Positions 18,690-31,189 of a stretch of DNA of 64,000 bases are shown here, in pieces (the stretch's first letter is position 1; each line of letters opens with the position of its first letter). Under the pieces are notes generated by a model that searched no databases, was not told where the DNA came from, and was given only the letters and a program-made list of their open reading frames with translations. A program made the translations under genes and the position numbers. The stretch lies in contig CAXXKM010000001.1 of assembly GCA_963664435.2 (NCBI GenBank), forward strand, positions 1 through 64,000. The letters run 5' to 3'. The DNA is from Longimicrobiales bacterium (GTDB taxonomy: Bacteria; Gemmatimonadota; Gemmatimonadetes; Longimicrobiales; Gaopeijiaceae).

Positions 18690-19228
18690 CCGAGAGCCGC
18701 CTCCAGGGCGTCGAAGAACTCGCGATCCTGCTCGGAAACCGGACCGACGCGCACGAAGCGGATGGTCCCCTCGCGATCGACGAGGTAGGTGGCCGGGAGA
18801 CCGACGGCGTGGAACGCGTCCATCGAGCGCATCTCCGGATCGTGCAGGATGGTGTAGGTCACGCCGTACTCGCCGGCGAAACCCCGCACCACGTCCTCGA
18901 ACCCGGCGTCGTCGACGGAGATGCCGACGATCTCGAAGCCCCGCTCGCGATGCTCATCGTAGAGCGACTGCAGGAAGGGCGTCTCGAACCGGCAGGGCGC
19001 GCACCAGGTGGCCCAGAGGTTGACCAGCACCACCTGACCGCGCAGATCGGAGAGCGCGATCGCCTCGCCGTCCAGCGTGGCCGCCTGGACATCGGGCACC
19101 GGGTCTCCCGCCACCGGGGGGCCATCGACGGGCGCGCACGCCGCGCAGAGCCAGAGGACGGTCATTGCGGCCCGGAAGAGACCGGCGCCCGGTCGTGCGG
19201 GGTTGACCCGCCGGAAGAGAGATCGGAT
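18686..19228 (-). CDS. TlpA/ResA-family thiol-disulfide oxidoreductase, probable lipoprotein
   Basis: VNLWATWCAPC, GLPATYLVDREG; start ambiguous (ATG 19276, ATC 19228 with SD, ATG 19165). Confidence 0.85.
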   Translation of the reverse strand: MRSLFRRVNPARPGAGLFRAAMTVLWLCAACAPVDGPPVAGDPVPDVQAATLDGEAIALSDLRGQVVLVNLWATWCAPCRFETPFLQSLYDEHRERGFEIVGISVDDAGFEDVVRGFAGEYGVTYTILHDPEMRSMDAFHAVGLPATYLVDREGTIRFVRVGPVSEQDREFFDALEAALG

Positions 19229-19448
19229 GTCGTTTCTCCTGGTTCGCGGGAAGGTGCATAGCGCCGTCACGGGCATGCGCCGTAAGTTCTACTTCCGCTC
19301 CCGCAACCGCAACGATGCCGCGGGCGATACCCGCGAGCGCGCGCGGACCTTACCCCCGAGCATCGTGTACTGACGCCATCATCCGCGACGCTCGCCCACG
19401 CCTCCAGCCAGCATCCGGCTGCGCGACGACATTCGTCAAGGTCAGGCC

Positions 19449-22400
19449 ATGACATCCTACTCTTCGTCCGCCGTCCGCCGGAGCCTGTGCGCCGGGATCC
19501 TTCCTGCCGTCGCCGCCCTGACGGCCCTGCTCCCGCCCGAACCGGTCGAGGGTCAGTATTTCGGGCGAAACAAGGTGCAGTACGATTCCTTCGACTTCCG
19601 GGTCATGAAGACCCCCCACTTCGACATCCACTACTACAACGAGGCTGCGACGGCCATTGAGGACGCCGCCCGCATGTCCGAGCGCTGGTACGAGCGGCTG
19701 GCCCGCACCTTCCAGCACGAGTTCGAGCGGCCCAAGCCGGTCATCCTGTACGCCGACCACCCCGACTTCCAGCAGACCAACACCCTCGCGGGCTTCATCA
19801 GCGAGGGCACCGGCGGGGTCACCGAGTCGCTCAAGAACCGCGTCATCATGCCGCTGGCGGGCACCTATCACGACACCGACCACGTGCTCGGCCACGAGCT
19901 GGTGCACGCCTTCCAGTACAACATCGCCCAGTCGCGAAGCGGAGGCGGCCTGCGCGGGATGGCCCAGCTGCCCCTCTGGGTGGTGGAGGGGATGGCCGAA
20001 TACCTCTCGGTAGGCCGCGAAGACCCCCTCACCGCCATGTGGCTGCGCGACGCCCTGCTGCGCGACGACGTGCCGACGCTCGAACAGATGACCCGGGAGC
20101 GGCGTTTCTTCCCGTACCGTTTCGGCCAGGCCTTCTGGACGTACGTCGGCGGCACCTATGGCGACGAGGCCGTCACCGAGCTCTACCGCCGCTCGCTCCG
20201 GGTGGGCTGGGAGAACGCCATCGTAAGCGTGCTGGGCAAGACCCAGGACACGGTCTCGGTGGAGTGGCACCAGGCCATCGAGAGCGAGTACCGGCCGCTC
20301 ATGGCGGGCCGCTCGGCGCCGGGCGAAGTGGGCGCCCTGCTGCTCGCTCCTTCCACGGGCGCGGGCACCCAGAACGTGGCTCCCTCGGTCAGCCCCGACG
20401 GCCGCTACGTGGCCTTCATCTCCGAGAAGGACCTCTTCTCGGTCGACCTGTTCATGGCCGACGCGCGCACCGGGAGAATCATCCGCAGGCTGTCCAGCGC
20501 CGCCTCGGACGCGCACATGGACGCGCTCCGCTTCCTCGACTCCTCGGGCTCCTGGTCCCCCGACGCGGAGCTGTTCGCATTCGTGGCGATCGCCGACGGC
20601 GACAACCAGCTGGTGATCGTCGACGTCAACAACTCCGACGTGGAGCAGCGGATCGACGTGGAGAGCGCCAATATCGGCGCCATCTCCAACCCGGCCTGGT
20701 CGCCGGACGGCCGCTCGATCGTGTTCGCGGGGCAGTCCGGAGGCATCTCCGACCTGTTCATGCTCGACATCGAGACCGAAGAGATCACGCGCCTCACCGA
20801 CGACAAGCACGGAGACATGCAGCCCGCGTTCTCACCGGACGGCTCCACGCTCGCCTTCGTCTCCGACCGGGGACCGGAAACGGACTTCACCGACCTCGTC
20901 TTCAGCCGCCCGCGCATCGCGCTTCTCGACATGGAGACGCGCGAGGTGCGAACGCTCGACCTGTTCGACAACGTCAAGCACCTCAACCCCCAGTTCACGC
21001 CGGACGGCCGAGGCCTCTACTTCATCTCGGACCAGGACGGCTTCAGCGACATCTACCGCGTGAATCTTCCCACCGGCGAGATCTTCCGGGTGACCAACAT
21101 CGCGACCGCGGTAAGCGGGATCACGAGCGGTTCGCCGGCCATGAGCGTCGCCGCCCAGACCGGCACGCTCGTGTTCTCGGTCTTCGATGAGTTCGAGTTT
21201 CACATCTACTCGCTTTCCTCGCAGGAGGCGGGGGCCGCCCAGGAGTTGGCGAGCGAGGAAGCGGAAGTCGCCTGGGGGCGTCTGATTCCGCCCTCGGAAC
21301 CGCTGGTACGGAGCCGGGTCGGGAACTACCTGGCCGATCCGCTCACCGGATTGCCTCCCGCGGGGACCTATTTGTCCGAAGAGGCATCCACCTACGATCC
21401 CGGCCTGAAGCTCGACTACGTGGGTCAGCCCATGATCGGCATCGGCGCCGGCGACATCTACGGAAACAACCTGCAGGGCGGAGCCGCGGCGTTCTTCAGC
21501 GACATGCTGGGGGACAGAACTCTGGGGGTCGCCGTTCAGGCCCAGGGCACGTTCAAGGATGTGGGCGGCCAGTTTCTCTATCAGAACATGAAGCGGCGCT
21601 GGAACTGGGGCGTCTCCGGGGGACGGATACCCTATCAGCTGCTGTGGGCGAGCTTCGAACGTTCACCGAACGGCATGCCGGCCTACCAGGCCCTGCGGGA
21701 GCGAATCTACATCGACTCCGCGATCGGGATGCTCGCGTACCCCTTCTCGACCACGCAGCGCATCGAGACCCGATTCGGCCTGACCCGCTACTCCTTCGAC
21801 CTCGAGGAGGAGTACCTCTTCTTCGACCCGCTCGGGCGCCTGATGGATCGGCGCGTCCGTGAGTTGGAGGATCCCCAGGCGCCGCTCACCCTCGTGCACG
21901 CGGCGATCGCGCTGGTGGGCGACAACTCCTATTCCGCCTTCACTTCTCCGGTGCGGGGGTCCAGGTACCGCTTCGAGTACGAGAACACCGTGGGTACCGC
22001 CGACTTCCATACCCTCACCGCCGACTACCGCCGGTACTTCAATCCGTTGCGCGAGCTCACCATCGCCTTCAGGGGGATGCACTACGGGCGCTACGGGATC
22101 ACCGCCGCGGAGACCCAGACCGGGCTGCGGCAGATATTCCTGGGGTACGAGAGCCTCATCCGCGGCTACGCGAGAGAGAGCTTCGACTTCACCGGCTGCG
22201 TGCAGGTGGAGACCTGCATGGAATCGGAGCGCTATCGGCAGCTGTTCGGCCAGCGCATTCAGGTGTTCAACTTCGAGTTCCGGGTCCCGATCACGGGCGT
22301 GAGCCAGTTCGGCCTGCTCAACCTGCCCTTCCTCCCCATCGAGCTGGTCACCTTCGCCGACGTGGGCCTGGCGTGGGACAACTTCGGGGATGTGGATCTG

Positions 22401-22565
22401 CGCTTCGACAGGACTACGACGGATCGGGTTCCCGTCTTCAGCACCGGCATCTCCGCGCGGGCCAACCTGCTCGGGTTCCTGATTCTGGAGAGCTACTACG
22501 CCTACCCCTTCCAGCGGCCCGACAAGGGCTGGCACTGGGGCTTCACCCTGGCGCCGGGCTGGTAG
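19449..22565 (+). CDS. Exported zincin-like peptidase + TolB/PD40 beta-propeller + Omp85-like barrel fusion
   Basis: Signal peptide then QYFGRNKVQY; HELVH..WVVEGMAEY; SPDG/TPDG repeats; C-terminal DYRRY, IRGY, FADVG, ending WGFTLAPGW. Confidence 0.8.
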   Translation: MTSYSSSAVRRSLCAGILPAVAALTALLPPEPVEGQYFGRNKVQYDSFDFRVMKTPHFDIHYYNEAATAIEDAARMSERWYERLARTFQHEFERPKPVILYADHPDFQQTNTLAGFISEGTGGVTESLKNRVIMPLAGTYHDTDHVLGHELVHAFQYNIAQSRSGGGLRGMAQLPLWVVEGMAEYLSVGREDPLTAMWLRDALLRDDVPTLEQMTRERRFFPYRFGQAFWTYVGGTYGDEAVTELYRRSLRVGWENAIVSVLGKTQDTVSVEWHQAIESEYRPLMAGRSAPGEVGALLLAPSTGAGTQNVAPSVSPDGRYVAFISEKDLFSVDLFMADARTGRIIRRLSSAASDAHMDALRFLDSSGSWSPDAELFAFVAIADGDNQLVIVDVNNSDVEQRIDVESANIGAISNPAWSPDGRSIVFAGQSGGISDLFMLDIETEEITRLTDDKHGDMQPAFSPDGSTLAFVSDRGPETDFTDLVFSRPRIALLDMETREVRTLDLFDNVKHLNPQFTPDGRGLYFISDQDGFSDIYRVNLPTGEIFRVTNIATAVSGITSGSPAMSVAAQTGTLVFSVFDEFEFHIYSLSSQEAGAAQELASEEAEVAWGRLIPPSEPLVRSRVGNYLADPLTGLPPAGTYLSEEASTYDPGLKLDYVGQPMIGIGAGDIYGNNLQGGAAAFFSDMLGDRTLGVAVQAQGTFKDVGGQFLYQNMKRRWNWGVSGGRIPYQLLWASFERSPNGMPAYQALRERIYIDSAIGMLAYPFSTTQRIETRFGLTRYSFDLEEEYLFFDPLGRLMDRRVRELEDPQAPLTLVHAAIALVGDNSYSAFTSPVRGSRYRFEYENTVGTADFHTLTADYRRYFNPLRELTIAFRGMHYGRYGITAAETQTGLRQIFLGYESLIRGYARESFDFTGCVQVETCMESERYRQLFGQRIQVFNFEFRVPITGVSQFGLLNLPFLPIELVTFADVGLAWDNFGDVDLRFDRTTTDRVPVFSTGISARANLLGFLILESYYAYPFQRPDKGWHWGFTLAPGW

Positions 22566-22588
22566 ACAGGGGACCCGGACAGACAGGC

Positions 22589-22618
22589 GGCTCGCCCGCC
22601 CGGGAGGTGGGGCGAGCC
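22589..22618. terminator. GC-rich hairpin between convergent genes (possible terminator)
   Basis: GGCTCGCCC...GGGCGAGCC stem; no U-tract. Confidence 0.35.
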
Positions 22619-22652
22619 TCGGCGGAAATCGGGTTGCCGGAAGCCGGCGCGG

Positions 22653-23606
22653 TCAGAAGATCGAGAGGCTGATGTACCTGCCGGGATTCTCCCGGATGTC
22701 GTCCAGCAGCAGCTGGAGGCTCGATGCGGCTGCGTTCAGGTTGACGTAGAGCGAGTCGTCGCGGGACAGCCTTCCCAGGGTGCCCTCACCGCGCTCCATG
22801 CGGGCCATGATGGCGCGCAGGTCGGCGAGCGCCGGTTCGAGGATTTCGAGGTTCTGGTTGACGGCCGCGAGCGCGGAATCCGCCCGCACGGCGACGCTCT
22901 CAAGCGCGGGCGCCGTTGATGTCGTCGTGCTGCTCACGGCGCGCGCGGCCTCGTTGATCGACTCCACGAGCCGGGTGATCTCGCTCCGCTGCTCGCGAGC
23001 GATGACCGCAAAGTCCGTGAGCAGGGACTCCAGTTCCTGCGCGCTGGTCTGAAACGACGCCACCGTGGGTTCGTTCAGCAGGTTCGCGACCAGCTGGATC
23101 ATGTCGGTGGCTTCGTCGCCGATGTCCGACACGATACCGTAGACGTCGGAGCTAACGGTGCCCTGAAGGATGTCACCGCCCTCCGCCATGACGGGGGAGC
23201 CCCCGGGCAGAATCTCCACCGTACGCCCTCCGAGCAACCCGATCCCAACCAGGCGGACCCGCGAATCGTCCGGAACCTGGTATTCGCCCTCGATCTCCAG
23301 TTCTATGTTCACGCCCGCAGGCACCATCTCGAAGCTCATCACCCGTCCGACGTTCACGCCGCGCATCTGTACGGGATCGGATCTGCGCAGCCCGGCGGCG
23401 TTCTCGACCACCGCGAAGATCGAGTAGCGGCCCCGAAACATCGACGGATCGGTCATCAGGAAGAGGGCCATCAGCGCGGCGAGCGCTCCCGCGAGGATGA
23501 AGATCCCGACGCGTGCCTCGCTCTTGAGCGCCCGTGGCGGAATGGCGTGCTGCAGTTCCGCGTCCGAGGGCCCGGAACCCGTGTAGTCCGTTCCCGCTTC
23601 GTTCAT
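22653..23606 (-). CDS. mlaD: MlaD/MCE family protein with long helical C-terminus
   Basis: EARVGIF TM anchor, AAGL..DPVQMRGVNVGRV, GLLGG, GEGTLGRL..DDSLY, DIRENPGRY. Confidence 0.85.
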   Translation of the reverse strand: MNEAGTDYTGSGPSDAELQHAIPPRALKSEARVGIFILAGALAALMALFLMTDPSMFRGRYSIFAVVENAAGLRRSDPVQMRGVNVGRVMSFEMVPAGVNIELEIEGEYQVPDDSRVRLVGIGLLGGRTVEILPGGSPVMAEGGDILQGTVSSDVYGIVSDIGDEATDMIQLVANLLNEPTVASFQTSAQELESLLTDFAVIAREQRSEITRLVESINEAARAVSSTTTSTAPALESVAVRADSALAAVNQNLEILEPALADLRAIMARMERGEGTLGRLSRDDSLYVNLNAAASSLQLLLDDIRENPGRYISLSIF

Positions 23607-24385
23607 GTCGTCGCCACCAGGTCTACCGCCGCCTCCGCGGCGGCTCTGTCCACGAAGGCCCGCACCAGCGGGTCGGTGCTGATGCGAAAGGCCGTGGGGG
23701 TACCGAGGAACCTCAGTTCACCTCCCTCGAGCATGGCTACCCGGTCGCACATCTCAAGGCCTCCCTCGATGTCGTGCGTCACGATGACCGAGGTCACATC
23801 CAGCTCGCGCGAAAGGCGGCGGATCTGACGCTGCACGCCGGCGGTGTTCACCGGATCCAGGCCGGTGGTCGGCTCGTCCCAGAGGAGGATGTCCGGGCCT
23901 CCCACGATGGCGCGCGCGATTCCCACGCGCTTCTTCATGCCCCCGGAGAGTTCGGAGGGAATCTTGCTCATCACCTCGCGGGGGTCCAGCAGGACGCGTT
24001 CCAGGGCCTGCCACACGAGGCGCGCGATCTGGTTGCGGCTCATGGAGCGCAGCCGCCGCAGCGGAAGTCCCGTCTCCACGTTCTCGAACACGTTCAGGGA
24101 GTCGAAGAGGGCCGCGTGCTGGAACACGTATCCCACCCTGTCGCGGATCCGGCGAAGCGCCTTGCGGCCCCCGAAGAACACCGACGCTCCGTCCACCTCG
24201 ACGTCGCCCCGGTCGGGAACGATCAGGCCGATCGTCGTCTTGAGCAACACGCTCTTGCCGGCGCCCGACGCCCCGAACAGGCCGAACATCTCTCCCGCCT
24301 GGATATCCAGGTCGATGCCCCGGAGGACGGGAAGGTCGAAAGCCTTGTAGAGCCCCCGATACCGGATCACGGGATGAGCCGCCAC
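23603..24385 (-). CDS. mlaF: MlaF-type ABC transporter ATP-binding protein
   Basis: GASGAGKS, FQHAALFDSL, LSGGMKKRV, DEPTTGLDP, VTHD. Confidence 0.9.
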   Translation of the reverse strand: MAAHPVIRYRGLYKAFDLPVLRGIDLDIQAGEMFGLFGASGAGKSVLLKTTIGLIVPDRGDVEVDGASVFFGGRKALRRIRDRVGYVFQHAALFDSLNVFENVETGLPLRRLRSMSRNQIARLVWQALERVLLDPREVMSKIPSELSGGMKKRVGIARAIVGGPDILLWDEPTTGLDPVNTAGVQRQIRRLSRELDVTSVIVTHDIEGGLEMCDRVAMLEGGELRFLGTPTAFRISTDPLVRAFVDRAAAEAAVDLVATT

Positions 24386-24389
24386 CGCG

Positions 24390-25216
24390 CTAGTCCAGCA
24401 ACAGGGGCGGGAAGAGCGCGTCCATGACCAGCACCGCGAGGGTCATGAACATGACCGCCTGGGTCGTCGTCTTGCCCACCCCCTCGGCTCCCCCCTCGGT
24501 GCGCAGTCCCATGTGGATGGCGATCACCGGTATGGTGAAGCCGAACACAAGCGCCTTGGTGAGGGAGTAGAACAGATCCCAGGAATTCCAGTACAGGCGT
24601 GCCCCGTAGAGGAAGCTGGCGGGCCCGAGGCCTACGGTGAGATCGGCCGAAATCATGCCCGCCAGGATTCCGACCAGGTTCGCGATGCCCACCAGCACGG
24701 GCACCACGACGATGCCGGCGACCACCCGGGGCGCGGCCAGGATGGGGATCGGATCGCGGCCCACGCTGTAGAAGGCGTCGATCTGTTCGGACACCTTCAT
24801 GGTCCCGAGTTCGGCCGTGATGCGGGCGCCGACCCTGCCCACGAGGACGATCGCGGTCAGCACCGGTCCCATCTCCAGAACCACCGATTCCGCCACGACG
24901 CTGCCCAGCACGTAGAGCGGGATGGCCCCGGTGAACTGGTAACCGCCCTGCTGGCTGGTGACGATTCCGGCGAGCACGGCCGTCAGGATGACGATGGGGA
25001 GGCTCTCGACCCCCATCACGTACATCTGGCGCACGATCGCGCGGGGCGCGACGCGCAGGCTGACGAGGGCGACGGCGATGTCCCGTAGCAGAAAGGCCAG
25101 CTCACCGGCGTGCGTGAGCGTGGTGCGGCCGGCGCGCGCCACACCCGCCAGCCAGCGCTCGGCCCGGGAGGATGTGGACCTCGAGGACCCGGGCACGGAT
25201 TCCAGGGATCCGGTCA
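24390..25216 (-). CDS. mlaE: MlaE-type ABC transporter permease
   Basis: GVESLPIV, EMGPVLTAIVLVGRVGARITAELGTMKVSEQIDA, GGAEGVGKTTT; start uncertain (up to 25388). Confidence 0.88.
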
Positions 25217-25462
25217 CGGCCCGGGATCCCGACGTGGCGCCGGTGGCGGGACGGATCGGGCGAGCGACCCGGCGCTCTTCATGTCCGCCGTGTTCCTCCT
25301 GCGCAACCTGGTGCGGTTCAAGTACGCTCCAACCTTTGGGACGCGAAGTGCCGCCGGGCACGCGCCGCAACGGCCGGCGCGCGAGCATCGACCGGCGTGC
25401 GTAGCATCTACGATTGCGGAGCCGATGGCAAGGGAGCGAGGATCCACCCGTGCGCCATCAGC

Positions 25463-26176
25463 TCATGCGCCGGATGCCGCGACCTCGTCGGCGCGGCGGG
25501 TCACCTCGTTGAGCATGGATTCGAGCCGATGCCGGCCCTCGGGATCGGAGTCGTGGTCCGGGGCCTCGTCGGAATGGCGGCCGGCTTCGAAGCGGCGCAC
25601 GCATACGCGCACCCGGGCGAATGGCTTGGGGATGGTCATCCGATCCCAGGAGTTCAGTCGCCAATGGCGGTCCGACGCCAGGCCCATGGCAAGGACGGGC
25701 GCGCCGGAGACGCGCGCCAGTACGAGGATGCCGCGCTTCAGGTGTCGTGCGGGGCCTCGAGGACCGTCCGGGACCAGGATCGGAGAGGAACCCTCGCGCC
25801 GAACGACCGCGCGAAGCGCCCAAATCGCCTCGCGCCCGCCCGCGCTCGAGGAGCCGCGGACGATGCGCGCGCCCCATCGCCGCATGATGCGCGCAACCAA
25901 CTCGCCGTCGCTCGACCGGCTGGTGAGGGCCGTGACGTCCACGCCCTTCCTCCGCGCCATGCGTGCGCCCGTGAAGTACGCCCCGGGGATGACGCGGTCG
26001 TGCCAGAAGGCGAGGATGGCGGGCGGCCCGCCCGCGGAGAGCGCGTCCAGGTGCTCGCGGCCCTCCGCGACCTCGATGCGCCAGGTGCGGCCGAGGGCCT
26101 CGACGAACCAGCCCAGCAGCGTGGTCGCGAGGGCCCTTCTTCCGCGCTTGAGCCGCATCGCGATGTCAGCACGCAT
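25463..26176 (-). CDS. DUF374 / lysophospholipid acyltransferase family (LpxJ-like)
   Basis: FWHDR, SRSSDGE, RGSSSAGG, PDGPRGP, SWDRMTIPKPF; the ORF-track extension overlaps the tRNA and is rejected. Confidence 0.85.
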   Translation of the reverse strand: MRADIAMRLKRGRRALATTLLGWFVEALGRTWRIEVAEGREHLDALSAGGPPAILAFWHDRVIPGAYFTGARMARRKGVDVTALTSRSSDGELVARIMRRWGARIVRGSSSAGGREAIWALRAVVRREGSSPILVPDGPRGPARHLKRGILVLARVSGAPVLAMGLASDRHWRLNSWDRMTIPKPFARVRVCVRRFEAGRHSDEAPDHDSDPEGRHRLESMLNEVTRRADEVAASGA

Positions 26177-26203
26177 GCGGCGCTTCCCTTGTCCGTACGT
26201 GAG

Positions 26204-26287
26204 TGCCGGGAGTGGGACTCGAACCCACACGCCCCAAGGGGCAAAGGTTTTTGAGACCTTCGCGTCTACCTGTTCCGCCATCCCGGC
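26204..26287 (-). tRNA. tRNA-Leu(CAA), CCA not encoded
   Basis: GCCGGGA acceptor stem, anticodon arm AAGGT-CTCAAAA-ACCTT, long variable arm GCCCC-TT-GGGGC, GGTTCGAGTCC T-arm, discriminator A followed by CTC. Confidence 0.97.
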
Positions 26288-26516
26288 AGGGTGTCCCAGT
26301 GGGAATCTGGCTGAAACCACTGAACTTACGCGATTGCATGGTCGGGTTCCAGCCAATCGGGTCCCGCAAACCGATTGCGCCGAGCCCGGCCGGGACGGTT
26401 GTAACCGGGCTCATCATCCGGCGCATGAGCAGGCGCCGGGATGTTAGTTTAGGGTCAGACGAAGCCTGTCGCCTCCGCGCGACGATGCGCCGGCTCCACG
26501 ACCCAGGTAAAGACCC

Positions 26517-29273
<2,757 letters not shown>

Positions 29274-29350
29274 CAGGGACCAACCGGCACGCGCACCGGG
29301 GGAGCGGCGAGGGCCGGGCGAATGCTCGGAGGAGTTCGTCCGCGGGCCTG

Positions 29351-30151
29351 CTAGGGCGCGTCGCCCCGATCGGGCGGGCGCTCGGCGGCCGGAGCGTCCA
29401 GGATCTCCTTGAGCACGAACGCCCGCCGCAGCGAATCGCGGTCACCGCTCCCGAAGAGTTGCCTGTATATGCGCGTGCGCCGACGTTCGCCGCCCACGGC
29501 ACCAGGCACGACGGCCGCGGCGGGCTCGAGGCGACGCCGTTCTCCGAGGGTTGAGTCGCGGAGGGGCGCTGCCTCACGGGGCGCGCGAGCCGGGCGTGTT
29601 CCGGTCTCGTCCCGTCCGGACAGTCGACGATCGCTTTCTGCGGGTCCCCGTTCAACGCGCGGCCGCCATTCCCCGGTGGCTTGCGGCGCCCGGTCGACCG
29701 GGTCGACTCGTGCCCGCCTCCCGGCCTCGGACCTCCGGCGCTCCTGGTCCGAGGTCCGGCCCTCCCGCGCGATCACCCTGCGTTCCTCGCGGCCCAGCGA
29801 GGGCCCGCGCCGCTTATCCGACGCAGACGGGGGGGCGCCCGCAGGTTCTTCCGGCACATCCTCCTCTTCCTGTATTACACCCGTAATACCGGACCCCATC
29901 AGCTTCTCGAGATACCCCGGGCCCATGAGCTTCTCCAGGCCCTCGAGCTCGCCCAGGGCCGCGCCCCGCTCCTTCTTCTCCGCCTCGGCCCCCTCCCCCC
30001 GAGTCGACGACGGCTCCACGCGCCACTCCTCGTCGCCCTCGTCCTCCGGGGGAGGCACCTGCTTTTGCTGCTGGGCGCGGCGCGTCCGCGCGACGCTGTC
30101 GATGATGGACAGCGCCATGAAGATCAGGAAAAGCAGAAGTCCGGTGCTCAT
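29351..30151 (-). CDS. YqfB-like protein (third gene of the nfeD-floA operon)
   Basis: N-terminal TM, low-complexity charged middle, C-terminal LRRAFVLKEILDAP; position after floA. Confidence 0.6.
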   Translation of the reverse strand: MSTGLLLFLIFMALSIIDSVARTRRAQQQKQVPPPEDEGDEEWRVEPSSTRGEGAEAEKKERGAALGELEGLEKLMGPGYLEKLMGSGITGVIQEEEDVPEEPAGAPPSASDKRRGPSLGREERRVIAREGRTSDQERRRSEAGRRARVDPVDRAPQATGEWRPRVERGPAESDRRLSGRDETGTRPARAPREAAPLRDSTLGERRRLEPAAAVVPGAVGGERRRTRIYRQLFGSGDRDSLRRAFVLKEILDAPAAERPPDRGDAP

Positions 30152-30164
30152 TCGCCTTTCCGGG

Positions 30165-31151
30165 CTACGCCAGCGGCTCGCCCGACCCGGCCTCGTCCTC
30201 GCCGGCGATGGAGTTCCGCATCGCGGTGTCGGCCTGCACGTTGCGGTAGCGGACATAATCCATCACGCCAAGGTTGCCATTGCGGAAGGCATCGGCCATG
30301 GCCATCGGCACCTGCGCCTCGGCTTCCACCAGGTTGGCGCGCATCTCCTGCACCTTCGCGACGTTCTCCTGTTCCGACGCCACCGCCATAGCGCGCCGCT
30401 CCTCGGCCCGGGCCTGGGCGACGCGCTTGTCGGCCTCGGCCTGGTCGGTCTGCAGCTCGGCGCCGATGTTCTTGCCCACGTCCACGTCAGCGATGTCGAT
30501 GGAGAGGATCTCGAAGGCGGTTCCGGAGTCGAGCCCCTTTGCGAGCACGGCCTTGGAGATGCTGTCCGGGTTTTCCAGCACCGCCTGGTGGGTGTCGGAT
30601 GAACCGATGCTGGAGACGATGCCTTCCCCGACGCGCGCCACGATGGTTTCTTCCCCGGCGCCGCCGACCAGACGGTTGATGTTGGCGCGCACGGTCACGC
30701 GCGCGACCGCGATCAGCTGAATGCCGTCGCGCGCCATCGCCGCCACCCGGGGCGTGGTGATGACCTTGGGGTTGACCGAGACCTGAACCGCCTCGAAGAC
30801 GTCGCGGCCGGCCAGGTCGATCGCCGCGGCCTGGTTGAAGGAGAGTTCGATGTTGGCCTTGTCGGCGCTGATGAGCGCGGTCACCACGCGGTCGACGCGC
30901 CCCCCGGCGAGGTAGTGCGCCTCAAGGTCCGCGATGCGGATGAACAGCCCGGCCTTGGTGGCCCAGATGAGGGGCCGCACCACGGCGGGTGGAGGCACTT
31001 TGCGCAGGCGCATGCCGATCAGGTAGGTGATGCCCAGCCGCACGCCGGCCGAGATGGCCTCGATCCACAGGCGCACGGGGACCGCCCACAGCACCATGAG
31101 GACGAAGAGGACGAGCAGTACGGGCACAATAAGAGAGGCGATGGCTTCCAT
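30165..31151 (-). CDS. floA: Flotillin-like protein FloA (YqfA family)
   Basis: [59 protein letters not shown]. Confidence 0.93.
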   Translation of the reverse strand: MEAIASLIVPVLLVLFVLMVLWAVPVRLWIEAISAGVRLGITYLIGMRLRKVPPPAVVRPLIWATKAGLFIRIADLEAHYLAGGRVDRVVTALISADKANIELSFNQAAAIDLAGRDVFEAVQVSVNPKVITTPRVAAMARDGIQLIAVARVTVRANINRLVGGAGEETIVARVGEGIVSSIGSSDTHQAVLENPDSISKAVLAKGLDSGTAFEILSIDIADVDVGKNIGAELQTDQAEADKRVAQARAEERRAMAVASEQENVAKVQEMRANLVEAEAQVPMAMADAFRNGNLGVMDYVRYRNVQADTAMRNSIAGEDEAGSGEPLA

Positions 31152-31189
31152 TGGATGTCATCCGTGTAGGGGCAGGAGAGGCTTGGCTT

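Noticed and set aside
26160..26204. Integrated element at the tRNA 3' end
   Set aside because: No integrase, and I found no duplicated tRNA 3' end in the window; a housekeeping-type gene follows directly
26177..26356. N-terminal extension of the DUF374 ORF
   Set aside because: It runs through the tRNA-Leu gene; the true start is 26176 or 26158
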